Part shown: piece by piece, positions 20,660 to 30,752 of the stretch | Numbering within the stretch: the first letter of the stretch is position 1 | Layout: every line of letters starts with the position of its first letter | Made by a program: the position numbers and the translations under genes | The notes under the pieces: model-generated | What the model saw: the letters and a program-made list of their open reading frames with translations, nothing else | Told to the model about the DNA's origin: nothing | The model's database searches: none | Assembly (NCBI GenBank): GCA_025464325.1 | Contig: JAODGH010000028.1 | Coordinates: forward strand, 1-37,353 | DNA length: 37,353 bases | Direction: 5' to 3' | DNA from: Methanosarcinales archaeon | GTDB taxonomy: Archaea > Halobacteriota > Syntropharchaeia > Alkanophagales > Methanospirareceae

Positions 20660-20841
20660 TTCGCTGTTCACGTGTTCAGTGAATGTATGAATGTTGTTTC
20701 GAGGGTGTATATAAAGGGTATGGTACATGAAGTACGGACACATAGATTTCCACTGGAGTGAATAGAAGAAGAATGAAGAATAGCAAAATTTTACAATGAA
20801 TAAATTAAAAAAGAGAAGAAGATAAACCGGAGGGCTAAGAA

Positions 20842-22044
20842 TTGACAGAGAAGAAGGACTATTATGAGATTTTAGGGGTTGATAGGAACGCGTCGGAACA
20901 GGAGATAAAGCGCGCATATCGCCGATTGGCGAAGAAGTATCATCCCGACCTGAATAAGAACGATAAAGGTGCGGAAGAGAAATTTAAGGAGATATCAGAG
21001 GCGTATGAGGTCCTCTCCGATCCCGAGAAGCGCGCGAACTACGACAGGTTTGGGCACGCGGGTGTTGACTTTGGTCCCGGTGGTTTCGACTGGTCTAAGT
21101 TCACACGGTACAGTGATATAGAGGATATCTTCGGTGACTTCTTTAAAGATCTCTTCGGCTTTGGGTTCGGCAGAAGTGGCCACGGTAGCATTTTTGATGA
21201 TTTGTTTCATAACGCGGGAGAGAGGTATCCCGAACGGGGGCGGGATATAGTATATGACATAGAGATAGAGCTCGAAGATGCGGCAAAAGGCATCGAGAAG
21301 GAGATAGAAGTAAAGAAGGCGGAGACCTGTCCCGACTGCAGGGGTACCGGTGCTTCGAGAGGTGGTTTGAAGACCTGCCCTGCGTGTGGTGGTACCGGTC
21401 AGATAAAACGGGTGCAGAGACGGGGTTTTGCTCAGTTCGTCTCTATCACTACCTGTCCGCAATGCGGGGGCAGGGGGAAAGTGGTTGAGAATCCATGCAG
21501 TACCTGTAATGGAAGCGGGAGGATAGGTGTGAATAAGCGGCTGTCGGTGCGGATACCCCCGGGAGTGGATAACGGTAGCAGACTGCGGATACCGGGTGAA
21601 GGCGAAGCGGGCGAGTGGGGCGGTCCTCCCGGTGATCTATACCTGATTATACATGTAAAAGAGCATGAAATATTCAAACGAGACGGTAGTGACCTGTATT
21701 GTGATCTGCCGGTACGGTTTGCGCAGGTGGCGCTGGGTGACGAAGTGAAGGTGCCGACCATATATGGCGAAGAAGTGAAGCTTAAGATCCCGCCTGGTAC
21801 ACAGTCGGGAACAGTATTCCGATTCAAGAACATGGGCATGCCGGATCTGAGAGGGCACGGACGCGGCAGCCTGATGGTGCGCGTGAATGTAGTGACACCG
21901 AAGAAGCTGAGCAAGAGGCAGGAGGACCTGCTCAGGGAGTTTGATAAGGAGGAGGTGGAGGATAAATACCACGTCAAGAAGTACAGTTCCGAGCATCGCT
22001 ATCCACTCTGGCACAGGAAGAAAGCTCAGAAGAATAAGCCATAA
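20842..22044 (+). CDS. dnaJ: Chaperone DnaJ
   Basis: J domain with HPD, G/F region, four CxxCxGxG repeats; TTG start after GGAGG. Confidence 0.97.
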   Translation: MTEKKDYYEILGVDRNASEQEIKRAYRRLAKKYHPDLNKNDKGAEEKFKEISEAYEVLSDPEKRANYDRFGHAGVDFGPGGFDWSKFTRYSDIEDIFGDFFKDLFGFGFGRSGHGSIFDDLFHNAGERYPERGRDIVYDIEIELEDAAKGIEKEIEVKKAETCPDCRGTGASRGGLKTCPACGGTGQIKRVQRRGFAQFVSITTCPQCGGRGKVVENPCSTCNGSGRIGVNKRLSVRIPPGVDNGSRLRIPGEGEAGEWGGPPGDLYLIIHVKEHEIFKRDGSDLYCDLPVRFAQVALGDEVKVPTIYGEEVKLKIPPGTQSGTVFRFKNMGMPDLRGHGRGSLMVRVNVVTPKKLSKRQEDLLREFDKEEVEDKYHVKKYSSEHRYPLWHRKKAQKNKP

Positions 22045-22116
22045 AAGAATAAGCCATTTAGGTTTATATAAAAGAGAAAGAGATAATAAAATAGCAAAAG
22101 ATGCGAGGGGGAAGTC

Positions 22117-23883
22117 ATGGAAGGACCAATAAGGACACCGATTCTCTCTGTACTGGGACACATAGACCATGGGAAGACAACGTTACTGGATAATATCCGG
22201 GGTACGGCAGTTGCAGCGAAGGAAGCGGGCGGTGTAACACAGCATATAGGTGCTACTGAGATACCGATAGAAGTAATAAAGAAGATTTGTGAACCTCTGA
22301 AGCGAGATTGGACCGGGATTGTGGTCCCCGGATTGCTGTTTATTGACACACCGGGGCATTATGCGTTTGCTTCATTGCGTAAGCGAGGTAGTGCCCTGGC
22401 TGATGTTGCGGTAGTTGTAGTGGACGTGATGGAGGGTTTTCAACCCCAGACTTACGAATCTCTGAGTATTTTGCGGTTATTAAAGACCCCGTTTGTGGTT
22501 GCTCTGAATAAGATAGATCGAATAAAGGGCTGGCAATCTTCGCGCAAACCGTTCATCCTGAATTACAGGACACAGCCAGAGTTCGCAGCACGGGAGCTGG
22601 ATACGAGGATATACGAGATAGTGAGTGATTTATATGATAAGGGTTTCTCTGCGGATCGGTATGATCGTATCAGTGATTTTTCAAAGACGGTGAGCATAGT
22701 ACCGGTGAGCGCTAAGACCGGTGAGGGAATAGCCGATCTGCTGCTGGTCCTTATAGGTCTTGCGCAGAAGTATTTTGAGCGTAGCCTCAGGCTGCATCTG
22801 GATGGTCCGGGTGTTGGTACGATACTGGAGAAGAAGGAGGAGAAGGGGCTCGGTACCACGCTCGATGTCATACTCTATGATGGTACACTGAGCGTAGGCG
22901 AGACGATAGTTGTGGGAAGTGCGACGGAAGAGCCGATAGTGACGAAGGTGAGGGCGTTATTGAAGCCACGAGCGCTTCAGGAGATACGGGTCGAGCACAG
23001 GTTCAGACGGGTAAAGTCTGTCTGTGCTGCAGCGGGTGTGAAGATAGTCGCATCCGGTATAGAGGATGCTCTGCCGGGCTCTCGTGTACGGGCGGTTCTA
23101 CCCGAAGAGGATTTGTCACGCGTTATTGATGAGGTGAAGACCGAGATAGAAGAGATGAAGCTGGATACCGTGCCCGAGGGTATAATTATAAAAGCAGACA
23201 CGATGGGCTCTCTGGAAGCTCTCGCTATTGAACTGCGGAATGCAAAGATAGACCAGATAAAGAAAGCAGAAGTGGGTAATATCTCAAAACGAGACGTTGT
23301 GGATGCCACTACGGTCAAGGACCGCTATTTGAGAGCCATTCTGGGCTTCAACGTTGATGTTTTGCCGGATGCCCGGGAATTAGCCATGCAGAATGATATC
23401 CCCATCTTTGTGGACGAGGTCATTTACAGGGTAATAGAGGACTACGAGAACTGGATAAAAGCAGAGAGGGAGCGTGAGCGTCGGGAGAAGATGGAGAAGA
23501 TACCAACACCGGCGAAGATGAAAGTACTGCCCGGGTGCGTGTTCAGGCAGAGCAAACCCGCGATATTTGGAATCGAGGTGCTCTGTGGTAAGATAAAGAC
23601 GGGTGTGGAGCTGATAACAGCAGATGGTCGTAAGATAGGCAGTATAAATGAGATACAGAACAGAGGCGAGAGCATACCGGATGCAGAAGCGGGTATGCAG
23701 GTAGCGATATCGATGAAGAAACCCATCTTTGGGCGGCATATAAAAGAGAACGATATTTTATATGTGGATGTGAAGGAAGAAGATGAAGCGAACCTGCGGG
23801 GCTTGCTTGAACCGGCGGAGGAGGAGTTACTGAAGGAATTGCGTGAGTTAAAGAGGAGGAATAAGGATGCAGGTTGTGATTAG
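22117..23883 (+). CDS. infB: Translation initiation factor aIF5B (IF-2)
   Basis: GHIDHGKTT, TQHIGA, DTPGH, NKID, VSAKTGEG, FRQSKPAI. Confidence 0.97.
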   Translation: MEGPIRTPILSVLGHIDHGKTTLLDNIRGTAVAAKEAGGVTQHIGATEIPIEVIKKICEPLKRDWTGIVVPGLLFIDTPGHYAFASLRKRGSALADVAVVVVDVMEGFQPQTYESLSILRLLKTPFVVALNKIDRIKGWQSSRKPFILNYRTQPEFAARELDTRIYEIVSDLYDKGFSADRYDRISDFSKTVSIVPVSAKTGEGIADLLLVLIGLAQKYFERSLRLHLDGPGVGTILEKKEEKGLGTTLDVILYDGTLSVGETIVVGSATEEPIVTKVRALLKPRALQEIRVEHRFRRVKSVCAAAGVKIVASGIEDALPGSRVRAVLPEEDLSRVIDEVKTEIEEMKLDTVPEGIIIKADTMGSLEALAIELRNAKIDQIKKAEVGNISKRDVVDATTVKDRYLRAILGFNVDVLPDARELAMQNDIPIFVDEVIYRVIEDYENWIKAERERERREKMEKIPTPAKMKVLPGCVFRQSKPAIFGIEVLCGKIKTGVELITADGRKIGSINEIQNRGESIPDAEAGMQVAISMKKPIFGRHIKENDILYVDVKEEDEANLRGLLEPAEEELLKELRELKRRNKDAGCD

Positions 23884-24268
23884 CGACCCTAAGACTGGAA
23901 AGAGCTACAAGCTGGAAGGAAAGGATGCAGAAGTGAGAGCTTTATTTGTGGGTAAGAAGATAGGCGAGCTCGTGGATGGAGATATAATCGGGCTGAGTGG
24001 CTATATGCTGGAGATACGCGGGGGTTCAGATCAGGATGGTGTGCCAATGCGCGCGGATGTACCGGGTGCAGGCAGGAAACGAATCCTTATAGCGTCACCT
24101 CCGGGTTATAGACCCCGGGAGAAGGGCAAGAGACGGCGTAAATACGTACGTGGTAACGAAATATCGACTGATATAGCACAGATAAACGTGAAGGTGAGGA
24201 TGTACGGTCACCAGCCGTTAGAGAAGATATTTGGTAAAGCGGAAGAGGAGGCGCAGAACACCAGCTAA
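23867..24268 (+). CDS. rps6e: 30S ribosomal protein S6e
   Basis: ISDPKTGKSY, IRGGSD.DG.PMR, RRRKYVRG, QINVK. Confidence 0.96.
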   Translation: MQVVISDPKTGKSYKLEGKDAEVRALFVGKKIGELVDGDIIGLSGYMLEIRGGSDQDGVPMRADVPGAGRKRILIASPPGYRPREKGKRRRKYVRGNEISTDIAQINVKVRMYGHQPLEKIFGKAEEEAQNTS

Positions 24269-24333
24269 AACCGCTTTGCTTTTTAAGGTTATATATTCGT
24301 CAGATACAGTTAATTAAAGAGAAGTGAGATAAG

Positions 24334-24855
24334 ATGGGACTGAAACCAGGTCGCGCTTACACGCGGATATCAGGACCGGCGTATGTGCGAAGGGAATATA
24401 TGGGAGGAGTGCCAGGTAGCAAGATAACGATATTCGATATGGGTAACCCCAGACGGGAATATCCGGTTTCTGTATCTCTGGTGATCAAGGAAGCGGTGCA
24501 GATAAGACATAATGCACTGGAAGCAGCGCGGATATTCGCTAACAGGTATCTTGTAAAGAACGTTGGCAGGAATAACTACTACCTGAAGATCAGAGTGTAC
24601 CCGCACCATGTACTCAGGGAGAACAAAATAGCTTCCGGCGCGGGTGCCGATCGTGTATCGAGCGGTATGCGGCACGCTTTTGGTAAGGCGATAGGAACAG
24701 CCGCGCGAGTGAAGGCGGGACAGCGGGTGATGAGTGTCTGGATAGATGAGACGAATTTCAAGGCGGCGAAGGAGGCTCTGAGAAGGGCGGGCTATAAATT
24801 CCCGTCGCCTACACGGATAGTCATAGATAAGGGCGCTGAGCTGGTAACCGCATAA
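24334..24855 (+). CDS. rpl10e: 50S ribosomal protein L10e (uL16)
   Basis: [37 protein letters not shown]. Confidence 0.97.
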   Translation: MGLKPGRAYTRISGPAYVRREYMGGVPGSKITIFDMGNPRREYPVSVSLVIKEAVQIRHNALEAARIFANRYLVKNVGRNNYYLKIRVYPHHVLRENKIASGAGADRVSSGMRHAFGKAIGTAARVKAGQRVMSVWIDETNFKAAKEALRRAGYKFPSPTRIVIDKGAELVTA

Positions 24856-24881
24856 CCGGGTAGCCCCTTCTCCAACCGGAA

Positions 24882-25940
24882 ATGGTGGTTATGATTAAAT
24901 CGATCTTGCCATTTGTGGCAATAGCTTTATTCCTTATTGCGCTGGTAGCACGCAAACGTCATAACGAGCCTTTTTCTTGCTTTTCCGCAGCTGCTGGCTG
25001 GCTGTTCTTCGCAGGTTACTGCTATTTCGCTGCCGCTGATTTTATCGCACGCAGTGAGTACTTTGATGGTGGTATGGCGTTTGTATTCCTCGTCTTTGCG
25101 GTTATCGTCGCGGTTCTGATCCTTATAACGAGAAATGATGCCCTCTTATTGCTGTTCAGCACAGATATGAACTTCAAAGACGAGCTGGAGAAGGGTATAA
25201 TACCAGTCGAACTTAAAGAAGCTTTTAGTGCACGGAAGCTACACATACCGAAAAGAGTCAGGGTATTGAGGAGGAACGAATGGCGACTGGTGACCGGAAT
25301 ACCGCGTGATTACATTGCAATTGCAGCACCAAATGGCAGACGATTGGATATCTATAAGGATCGCAGGGTGATGGACATCCTCTTTATGGTGACAAAGGTG
25401 GCACTTATCAGCGCGGTATTATATTTCCCGTTCGCAGTACTGCCCGCCCCTGGCGATGCGATCATATCCTGCACCGCCAGGCTGACCACAATACTTGTGA
25501 ACCTCTCTGGCAGTAGTGTCTATCTGGTACCGCCATCCTATATCTACACTACAAGTAGCGCCTTCCGTGCGGCATACAATCCTATCGAGATTGTGCTCGC
25601 ATGTACTGCGATACAGAGTATGGTACTATTCGCCGGACTGATATTCAGCGTAGACGCGCAGTTGAGCCGTAAGATAAAGGCGTTTATGGTCTCTGTACCG
25701 GTTATCTACGGTCTGAATCTCATAAGAAACACTTTCGTGTGTGTGGCGTACTACGGGCAGTGGTTCGGTTCGCCCGCTACCAGCTTCATGGTGGCGCATG
25801 GCGAGATTGCGCGGGTGGGTGTGCTGATCTCCCTGATCATCATTGCATACATGGTATTCACAATACTACCGGAGGCGCTGGATCTTGTAGAGGACTCCGT
25901 TCGTTTGATCTACAACTTCCTGCTCAGGCGAGAGTCATAA
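24882..25940 (+). CDS. artA: Archaeosortase A with an internal soluble insertion
   Basis: Catalytic LACTAIQSM, PVIYGLNLIRN, SF.VAH..IAR; multiple TM helices. Confidence 0.85.
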   Translation: MVVMIKSILPFVAIALFLIALVARKRHNEPFSCFSAAAGWLFFAGYCYFAAADFIARSEYFDGGMAFVFLVFAVIVAVLILITRNDALLLLFSTDMNFKDELEKGIIPVELKEAFSARKLHIPKRVRVLRRNEWRLVTGIPRDYIAIAAPNGRRLDIYKDRRVMDILFMVTKVALISAVLYFPFAVLPAPGDAIISCTARLTTILVNLSGSSVYLVPPSYIYTTSSAFRAAYNPIEIVLACTAIQSMVLFAGLIFSVDAQLSRKIKAFMVSVPVIYGLNLIRNTFVCVAYYGQWFGSPATSFMVAHGEIARVGVLISLIIIAYMVFTILPEALDLVEDSVRLIYNFLLRRES

Positions 25941-26300
25941 CGTTGTTATCCGCTCAATCCGCATCAAAGGATATTTCATATCTTCATCATAACTTATCCG
26001 CGCGTGCACCTCAACGCGTTCGTAAGTCACCACCACCATAACATCCAGCATCTCGCCATTCAGCTCGCAGTATTTGAACTGATTCGCATTAGCCCGCAAC
26101 TTCTCCCGGTCTATTCTTACCTTCACGTGATTCACCCATGGCTGGAGTGAAACGCTCTTCTCTATCGCTGCCTCCAGTTTGCTCGCTGTTTCCATACTCA
26201 CCGGCGTACCCATGAACTGATGATACAGCGCGCCTAATTTGATACCAGCCTCAAATAATGCACGATCTCTACTTGTTATTCCGTCCTGATCGGTCATCAA
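25935..26300 (-). CDS. mptD: Archaeal dihydroneopterin aldolase MptD
   Basis: [28 protein letters not shown]. Confidence 0.92.
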   Translation of the reverse strand: MMTDQDGITSRDRALFEAGIKLGALYHQFMGTPVSMETASKLEAAIEKSVSLQPWVNHVKVRIDREKLRANANQFKYCELNGEMLDVMVVVTYERVEVHARISYDEDMKYPLMRIERITTL

Positions 26301-26380
26301 TGAATAATATTGCGTTATTATTTATTTTTATTGAGCTAAAACAGTTATCAGTTATAATAGAGAATAGAGGTGAACAGACA

Positions 26381-26530
26381 ATGGCGCGTTTTCCAGAGGC
26401 GGAGGCACGGTTATTCCGCGTAAAGATATGCATGGACTGTAAAGCGAGGAATGCACTCAGGGCAACGAGGTGCCGCAAATGTAACTCCAAGAACCTGAGA
26501 ATGAAAGCCAGGCACAAGGGCGGGCGATAA
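26381..26530 (+). CDS. rpl40e: 50S ribosomal protein L40e
   Basis: [29 protein letters not shown]; GAGGTGA RBS. Confidence 0.96.
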   Translation: MARFPEAEARLFRVKICMDCKARNALRATRCRKCNSKNLRMKARHKGGR

Positions 26531-26637
26531 ATTCGCCATGATGCCTGCTGCGGGCAGCCGCGAGCGGGAGTTAATTATGGTCGCCCAAAACTTTTTATAT
26601 GAGCACGAGCTCTGGATAGTACAGGAGGTGATAACAA

Positions 26638-27255
26638 GTGTTGAGTTTCGGTGAGAAGGTAAAAGGTTTTCTATTCAGCCCCTCTGAGACTTTCGACAGT
26701 ACCAGAGGAGACACTCTTGGCGATGCTTTCAGGTATTATGTGGTCATTCTATTGATATTCGGATTGCTTTTAGCCGTTATGGTGGGAGTAGCGTTCTCGC
26801 TCTTCAGAATGTTTTTGGGTCCAATTATGCATCCAGCGGTCGAAACGTTTTGGGGACCACTGTTCGCAGCAGGTGTTTTTATCCTGATACTCGTCGGTGG
26901 TATACTTGACGCGTTTATCTGTGGACTCTGGCTTCATATCTGGATATACCTCGTTGGTGGTAGAAATGGTGTAGTACAGACGTTAAAAGCAGTGATGTGC
27001 GGTGCAACGCCGGTTTTACTATTCGGCTGGATCCCGCTGTTAGGTATCGTCGCTTCAATATGGTCGCTAATTGTGATGATCATCGGTGTCAGGCAGCTTC
27101 ACGATATATCTACGGGAAAGGCAGTTATCGCGATAATCATTGCGATTGTGATCCCCATGATCATCTTCAGGGCTTTAATGACCATACTTCTTGGTCCTTT
27201 AATGCCGATGCCAATGACCGGACCAATGACCGGACACTGGGTATATAACCCTTAA
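26638..27255 (+). CDS. YIP1-family membrane protein
   Basis: KGFLFSPSETF, HIWIYLVGG, TP.LLFGWIP, GVRQLHDISTGKA; GGAGGTGA RBS and TTTTTATA upstream. Confidence 0.85.
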   Translation: MLSFGEKVKGFLFSPSETFDSTRGDTLGDAFRYYVVILLIFGLLLAVMVGVAFSLFRMFLGPIMHPAVETFWGPLFAAGVFILILVGGILDAFICGLWLHIWIYLVGGRNGVVQTLKAVMCGATPVLLFGWIPLLGIVASIWSLIVMIIGVRQLHDISTGKAVIAIIIAIVIPMIIFRALMTILLGPLMPMPMTGPMTGHWVYNP

Positions 27256-27306
27256 CTACCCCACAAGGCATATTTTTTTGTTTTTTTCTCCCTCTCTTTC
27301 TCTGAG

Positions 27307-28470
27307 TTACTCTTTATTCTTACGTGCTTTGGCTTTATATACCTCTCGCTGCACTATGTATCGCATTATCTCATTCGTACCCGCGGGTATCATCGACAGA
27401 CGTGCCATCCTGAACGCCCATTCCACAGGATATTCTGACAGCCCTCTGCCACCCATTATCTGTAGCGTATTATGTGCAGCCTCGTAAAACGCTTCAGAAG
27501 CAAGTAGTTTTGACATCGCTGACTCCTTCTCCGCGCTATATCCTGCATCTAACAGTCTCGTGGTATGATAGACCATCAATCTCGCAGCCTCAAGTTTCGT
27601 TACCATGTCGGCGACTTTGAAATTCACCGCTTCAAAACGGCTTATCGTGGTACCAAACTGCTCTCGTTGCATGGAATAGTCCAGTGCGAGCTCAATTATG
27701 GGTCTCGCCTCGCCTATGAGCATTGCGGCATACAGCACCCGCTCTATAGCGAGCTCAGCAAATAATATCCGGGCGCCTTCGTTCAGTCCGCCGAGGATGT
27801 TCTCCTTCGGAACACACAAACCGTCAAACTTCAGATGCGAGTTGACCGTGCCGGGAAAGCCACCCAGTAGTTTGTAGTCCTCAAGTACAATTACACCGGG
27901 CTGTTCCACGATATACGCGCTCATTCCTCGCGCAGGCTCAACTTCTGTATTTGTCAGTGCCCATACTATGATTATATCCGCTTTACTGCCGTTGGTTATG
28001 TTCCTCTTCTCACCATTCAGCACATAAGAATCGCCGTTTGGATCCGCTCGCGTTTTGATCCGCATAACGTCACTACCCGCCTCGGGCTCGGTTATCGCAA
28101 TTGCTCCTGTCTTCGCGCCGGTTCGCATTGCATCCAGAAACCTGTCCTTCTGCTCCTCTGTTCCGAATCTGGCTATGGTTGCATAAACGTATGAGGAGGT
28201 GGAATGTATCCATGCAAGCGGTACACAGGCGGCACCGAGCTCTTCCGCCAGTATCGCTTCACATGTCAGACTGCCCATTCCGCCATATTCTGACGGTAAT
28301 ACCGGTGCCAATAAACCCGCTTCGCCGAGCTCCTTATACAGTGCACGGGGATAATAATCACGTTCGTATATGTCACGCTCCACACCCTTTGCATCGGTTC
28401 TCAACAGGAAATCACGTAGTTCTGCCCGATATTTGCTCTCCTCTGTGGAGAATAGAAGTTCATCTTCCAT
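27307..28470 (-). CDS. Acyl-CoA dehydrogenase (IVD/LCAD-type catalytic arrangement)
   Basis: AITEPEAGSD, LNGEK..ITNG, REQFG, QIMGGRG, AGTNEI. Confidence 0.93.
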   Translation of the reverse strand: MEDELLFSTEESKYRAELRDFLLRTDAKGVERDIYERDYYPRALYKELGEAGLLAPVLPSEYGGMGSLTCEAILAEELGAACVPLAWIHSTSSYVYATIARFGTEEQKDRFLDAMRTGAKTGAIAITEPEAGSDVMRIKTRADPNGDSYVLNGEKRNITNGSKADIIIVWALTNTEVEPARGMSAYIVEQPGVIVLEDYKLLGGFPGTVNSHLKFDGLCVPKENILGGLNEGARILFAELAIERVLYAAMLIGEARPIIELALDYSMQREQFGTTISRFEAVNFKVADMVTKLEAARLMVYHTTRLLDAGYSAEKESAMSKLLASEAFYEAAHNTLQIMGGRGLSEYPVEWAFRMARLSMIPAGTNEIMRYIVQREVYKAKARKNKE

Positions 28471-28520
28471 GGTTATTATTAAATAGCCCACATTTTTTTA
28501 TTTCATTCATTCAGATGTAT

Positions 28521-29153
28521 ATGGAGCCCGGCAAACTGGTGATAGCTATTTCTCTGTTAGGTATCGGTATTTTGTACGGTATATCAATAATGGTAAACCC
28601 GCCCTATGTATCGCTGGGTTCGATCGCTGATCATAATAATGAACTGGTAAAGACAAAAGGGCTCGTCACCGCGTTGAGACGTTCGAGTGGCGGTAATACG
28701 ATACTGGAAATAACAGCAGACGGCACAGAGCTGCCGGTGTTTGTTCATTCCACAGCCGCCGATAATCTGGACCTGAGATATGGTGATGAGATCGAATTAG
28801 AAGGCAGAGTACAACAGTACGGTGGCAATTACGTGATTACAACCACGGGCGATAGTATCAGACCGATAAATTCCCGTAGCAGCATCTATTTCGTTACAGA
28901 GGTGGCTGAGCATCCGGATGCATACAAAGGCAGGCGTATAAGAGTTCTGGGCACTGTCAGCAGGGTTTACAGGAATGTTTTCTATCTCGACCAGATGCGC
29001 GTAGTAGCAGCAGCAGAAACGGAGCACATACCGCGTATAGAGAAGGGCGATCGGGTCATAGCTGACGGTGTTTTTGTTTACAACAAGGGTGATCTGCGGT
29101 ACGAATTGAAGCTCATCGCTTTATCTTACCCTCAAACCATCCAATACTCGTGA
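28521..29153 (+). CDS. Membrane-anchored protein with two OB-fold-like domains
   Basis: N-terminal TM; V...G.V / GDEIELEGRV and IRVLGTV / GDRVIADG beta patterns; start 28515 or 28521. Confidence 0.7.
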   Translation: MEPGKLVIAISLLGIGILYGISIMVNPPYVSLGSIADHNNELVKTKGLVTALRRSSGGNTILEITADGTELPVFVHSTAADNLDLRYGDEIELEGRVQQYGGNYVITTTGDSIRPINSRSSIYFVTEVAEHPDAYKGRRIRVLGTVSRVYRNVFYLDQMRVVAAAETEHIPRIEKGDRVIADGVFVYNKGDLRYELKLIALSYPQTIQYS

Positions 29154-29550
29154 CCTCTGTAGCGTTGAACGCGGGAACAAACGGTTTTATGTCCAACAGC
29201 GGCGTACCATCGATTGCATCTATACCCCGGACCCGCAGTACATTACCGCGCCTGCTCAATAGTCGTACGACTGACAATCCTATCGGGTTCGGTCTATGTG
29301 GCGACCGTGTGGCAAACAAGCCATGCGGCTCGGTATCCCATGGTGTGCGCACGAGTAGAGAGTATGAATGCGATTTATGCAACCAGTACAATATAATAAT
29401 GTGTGAGAATCCTTCTATATCCTTCAGTCCTTCTACATACGGCTTAAAGATTTCTATCTCAGCGATCAATTCAGATCTACTTGTCTGGCGCGGGCATTCG
29501 TTGAGGTGCTTATAAGGGCTGTGGATCACCCCTATGGACGTCAGTTTCAT
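29113..29550 (-). CDS. tsaA: TsaA/TrmO-family SAM-binding protein (tRNA m6t6A37 methyltransferase-like), single domain
   Basis: IGVIHSP, FSHIIILYWLH, GLFATRSPHRPNPIGLS, DAIDGTPLLDIKP. Confidence 0.92.
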   Translation of the reverse strand: MKLTSIGVIHSPYKHLNECPRQTSRSELIAEIEIFKPYVEGLKDIEGFSHIIILYWLHKSHSYSLLVRTPWDTEPHGLFATRSPHRPNPIGLSVVRLLSRRGNVLRVRGIDAIDGTPLLDIKPFVPAFNATEVTSIGWFEGKIKR

Positions 29551-29773
29551 CTCCCTCATCTGACTGTCTTATAAGCTCCAGCGCTTTATAAAGGCTCTCG
29601 TTTACCCCTTCCATACGATTCGCAGCTTCCATTATCGCATCATATACCCTGCTATCAACCCCTTTTGCCGTCTCCGCCCAGCGTTTAAACTCGCGTTCAT
29701 GCTCCTCATTATGCGCCTGCCAGTGCACAAGTAATATCTTCAACTTTGCCAGTGTTTCCTCTTTCGTAGTCAT
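29510..29773 (-). CDS. Small helical protein with HWxxHNxxH motif, putative metal-binding
   Basis: KLKILLVHWQAHNEEHEREF; co-oriented between the TSUP gene and tsaA. Confidence 0.75.
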   Translation of the reverse strand: MTTKEETLAKLKILLVHWQAHNEEHEREFKRWAETAKGVDSRVYDAIMEAANRMEGVNESLYKALELIRQSDEGDETDVHRGDPQPL

Positions 29774-29784
29774 TCTCTTTAATA

Positions 29785-30597
29785 TTATACTATCATTTTA
29801 AATGCGATATATGCCATTAAAGCAATAAATATGTAACGCAGATAGGTTGCAGGGAGCCTGTGCGCTGCCGTTGCACCAATATAAGCAGTGAGAACGGCAG
29901 GCAGCATCAGACAACCCCATATTGCAAAATTCACATAGCCGACCGAGAACGGTGGTAACCCTGCAACAGAAAGTCCAGTTACTGAGTACGAAAATGCGCC
30001 CGCGATGCTCATGAATGTCATTACTAAGAGAGATGTACCGATCGCGTGATGCATGTCAAATTTCAACAGCAGCGTGAGTACCGGTACGATTATGATGCCA
30101 CCGCCGATGCCCAGCATACCACCCACGATACCGGTTACGAATCCAAGCGGTAACAGCATCCACAGTTCAGATTCGGGCATTGTCCCTGAGTCGGGATTGT
30201 CCGGCAGTTTTGATACCATCATCCGAAATGCGGCAATTGCAACAATGAGACCGAATATCTGCCTTAAAATAGTTTCATTCATGAATTTAACGGTGAATAC
30301 CGCGCCAGTAGCGGCGCCGAACGCGCCAGATATGCCCATTATTATGCCCGGTCTCCACCATACCATGTCCTTTCTCCTGTGAGCGTTCATACCGCTCAGC
30401 GCGGTGGTGAACACAACGAGGAGGTTGGTACCAAACGCGAGTTTTATGGCGATCTGCCCCGGGATACCAAGCGCCGTGAGTACGAAGAATGTCACGGGCA
30501 CCATAATTGTACTTCCACCTATGCCAAGCAGACCACTGGCAAACCCCACTCCTGCACCTGTTAAGACCAGAATTACCATGGCAATCTGTAGTTCCAT
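29785..30597 (-). CDS. TauE/SafE (TSUP) family permease
   Basis: Duplicated GLLGIGG..I.VP / GMLGIGGGIIIVP and GT(N/S)L motifs; about eight TM helices. Confidence 0.9.
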   Translation of the reverse strand: MELQIAMVILVLTGAGVGFASGLLGIGGSTIMVPVTFFVLTALGIPGQIAIKLAFGTNLLVVFTTALSGMNAHRRKDMVWWRPGIIMGISGAFGAATGAVFTVKFMNETILRQIFGLIVAIAAFRMMVSKLPDNPDSGTMPESELWMLLPLGFVTGIVGGMLGIGGGIIIVPVLTLLLKFDMHHAIGTSLLVMTFMSIAGAFSYSVTGLSVAGLPPFSVGYVNFAIWGCLMLPAVLTAYIGATAAHRLPATYLRYIFIALMAYIAFKMIV

Positions 30598-30752
30598 ACT
30601 TCGTTCCTAACATAGGACTCACAGCTAAAAGATGGGTATGATGAAGGACACAAACGATGAAAATGGTTCAGTAGAATATTAAACGCCAGATTATGGAGTG
30701 TAATTATGCCATTACTCACGCTGACCAGATAAAACTAAGAGGTGCATTATAC

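Noticed and set aside
22117-23883. Intein in aIF5B or Hel308
   Set aside because: Protein lengths are normal, with no C/S...HN splice motifs or insertions
28101-28514. Long N-terminal extensions in the ORF track (OB-fold gene, and likewise GMC, wHTH, rpl40e, ferredoxin, cdhB-like)
   Set aside because: They overlap neighbouring genes or promoters; downstream ATGs fit family N-termini and RBS positions
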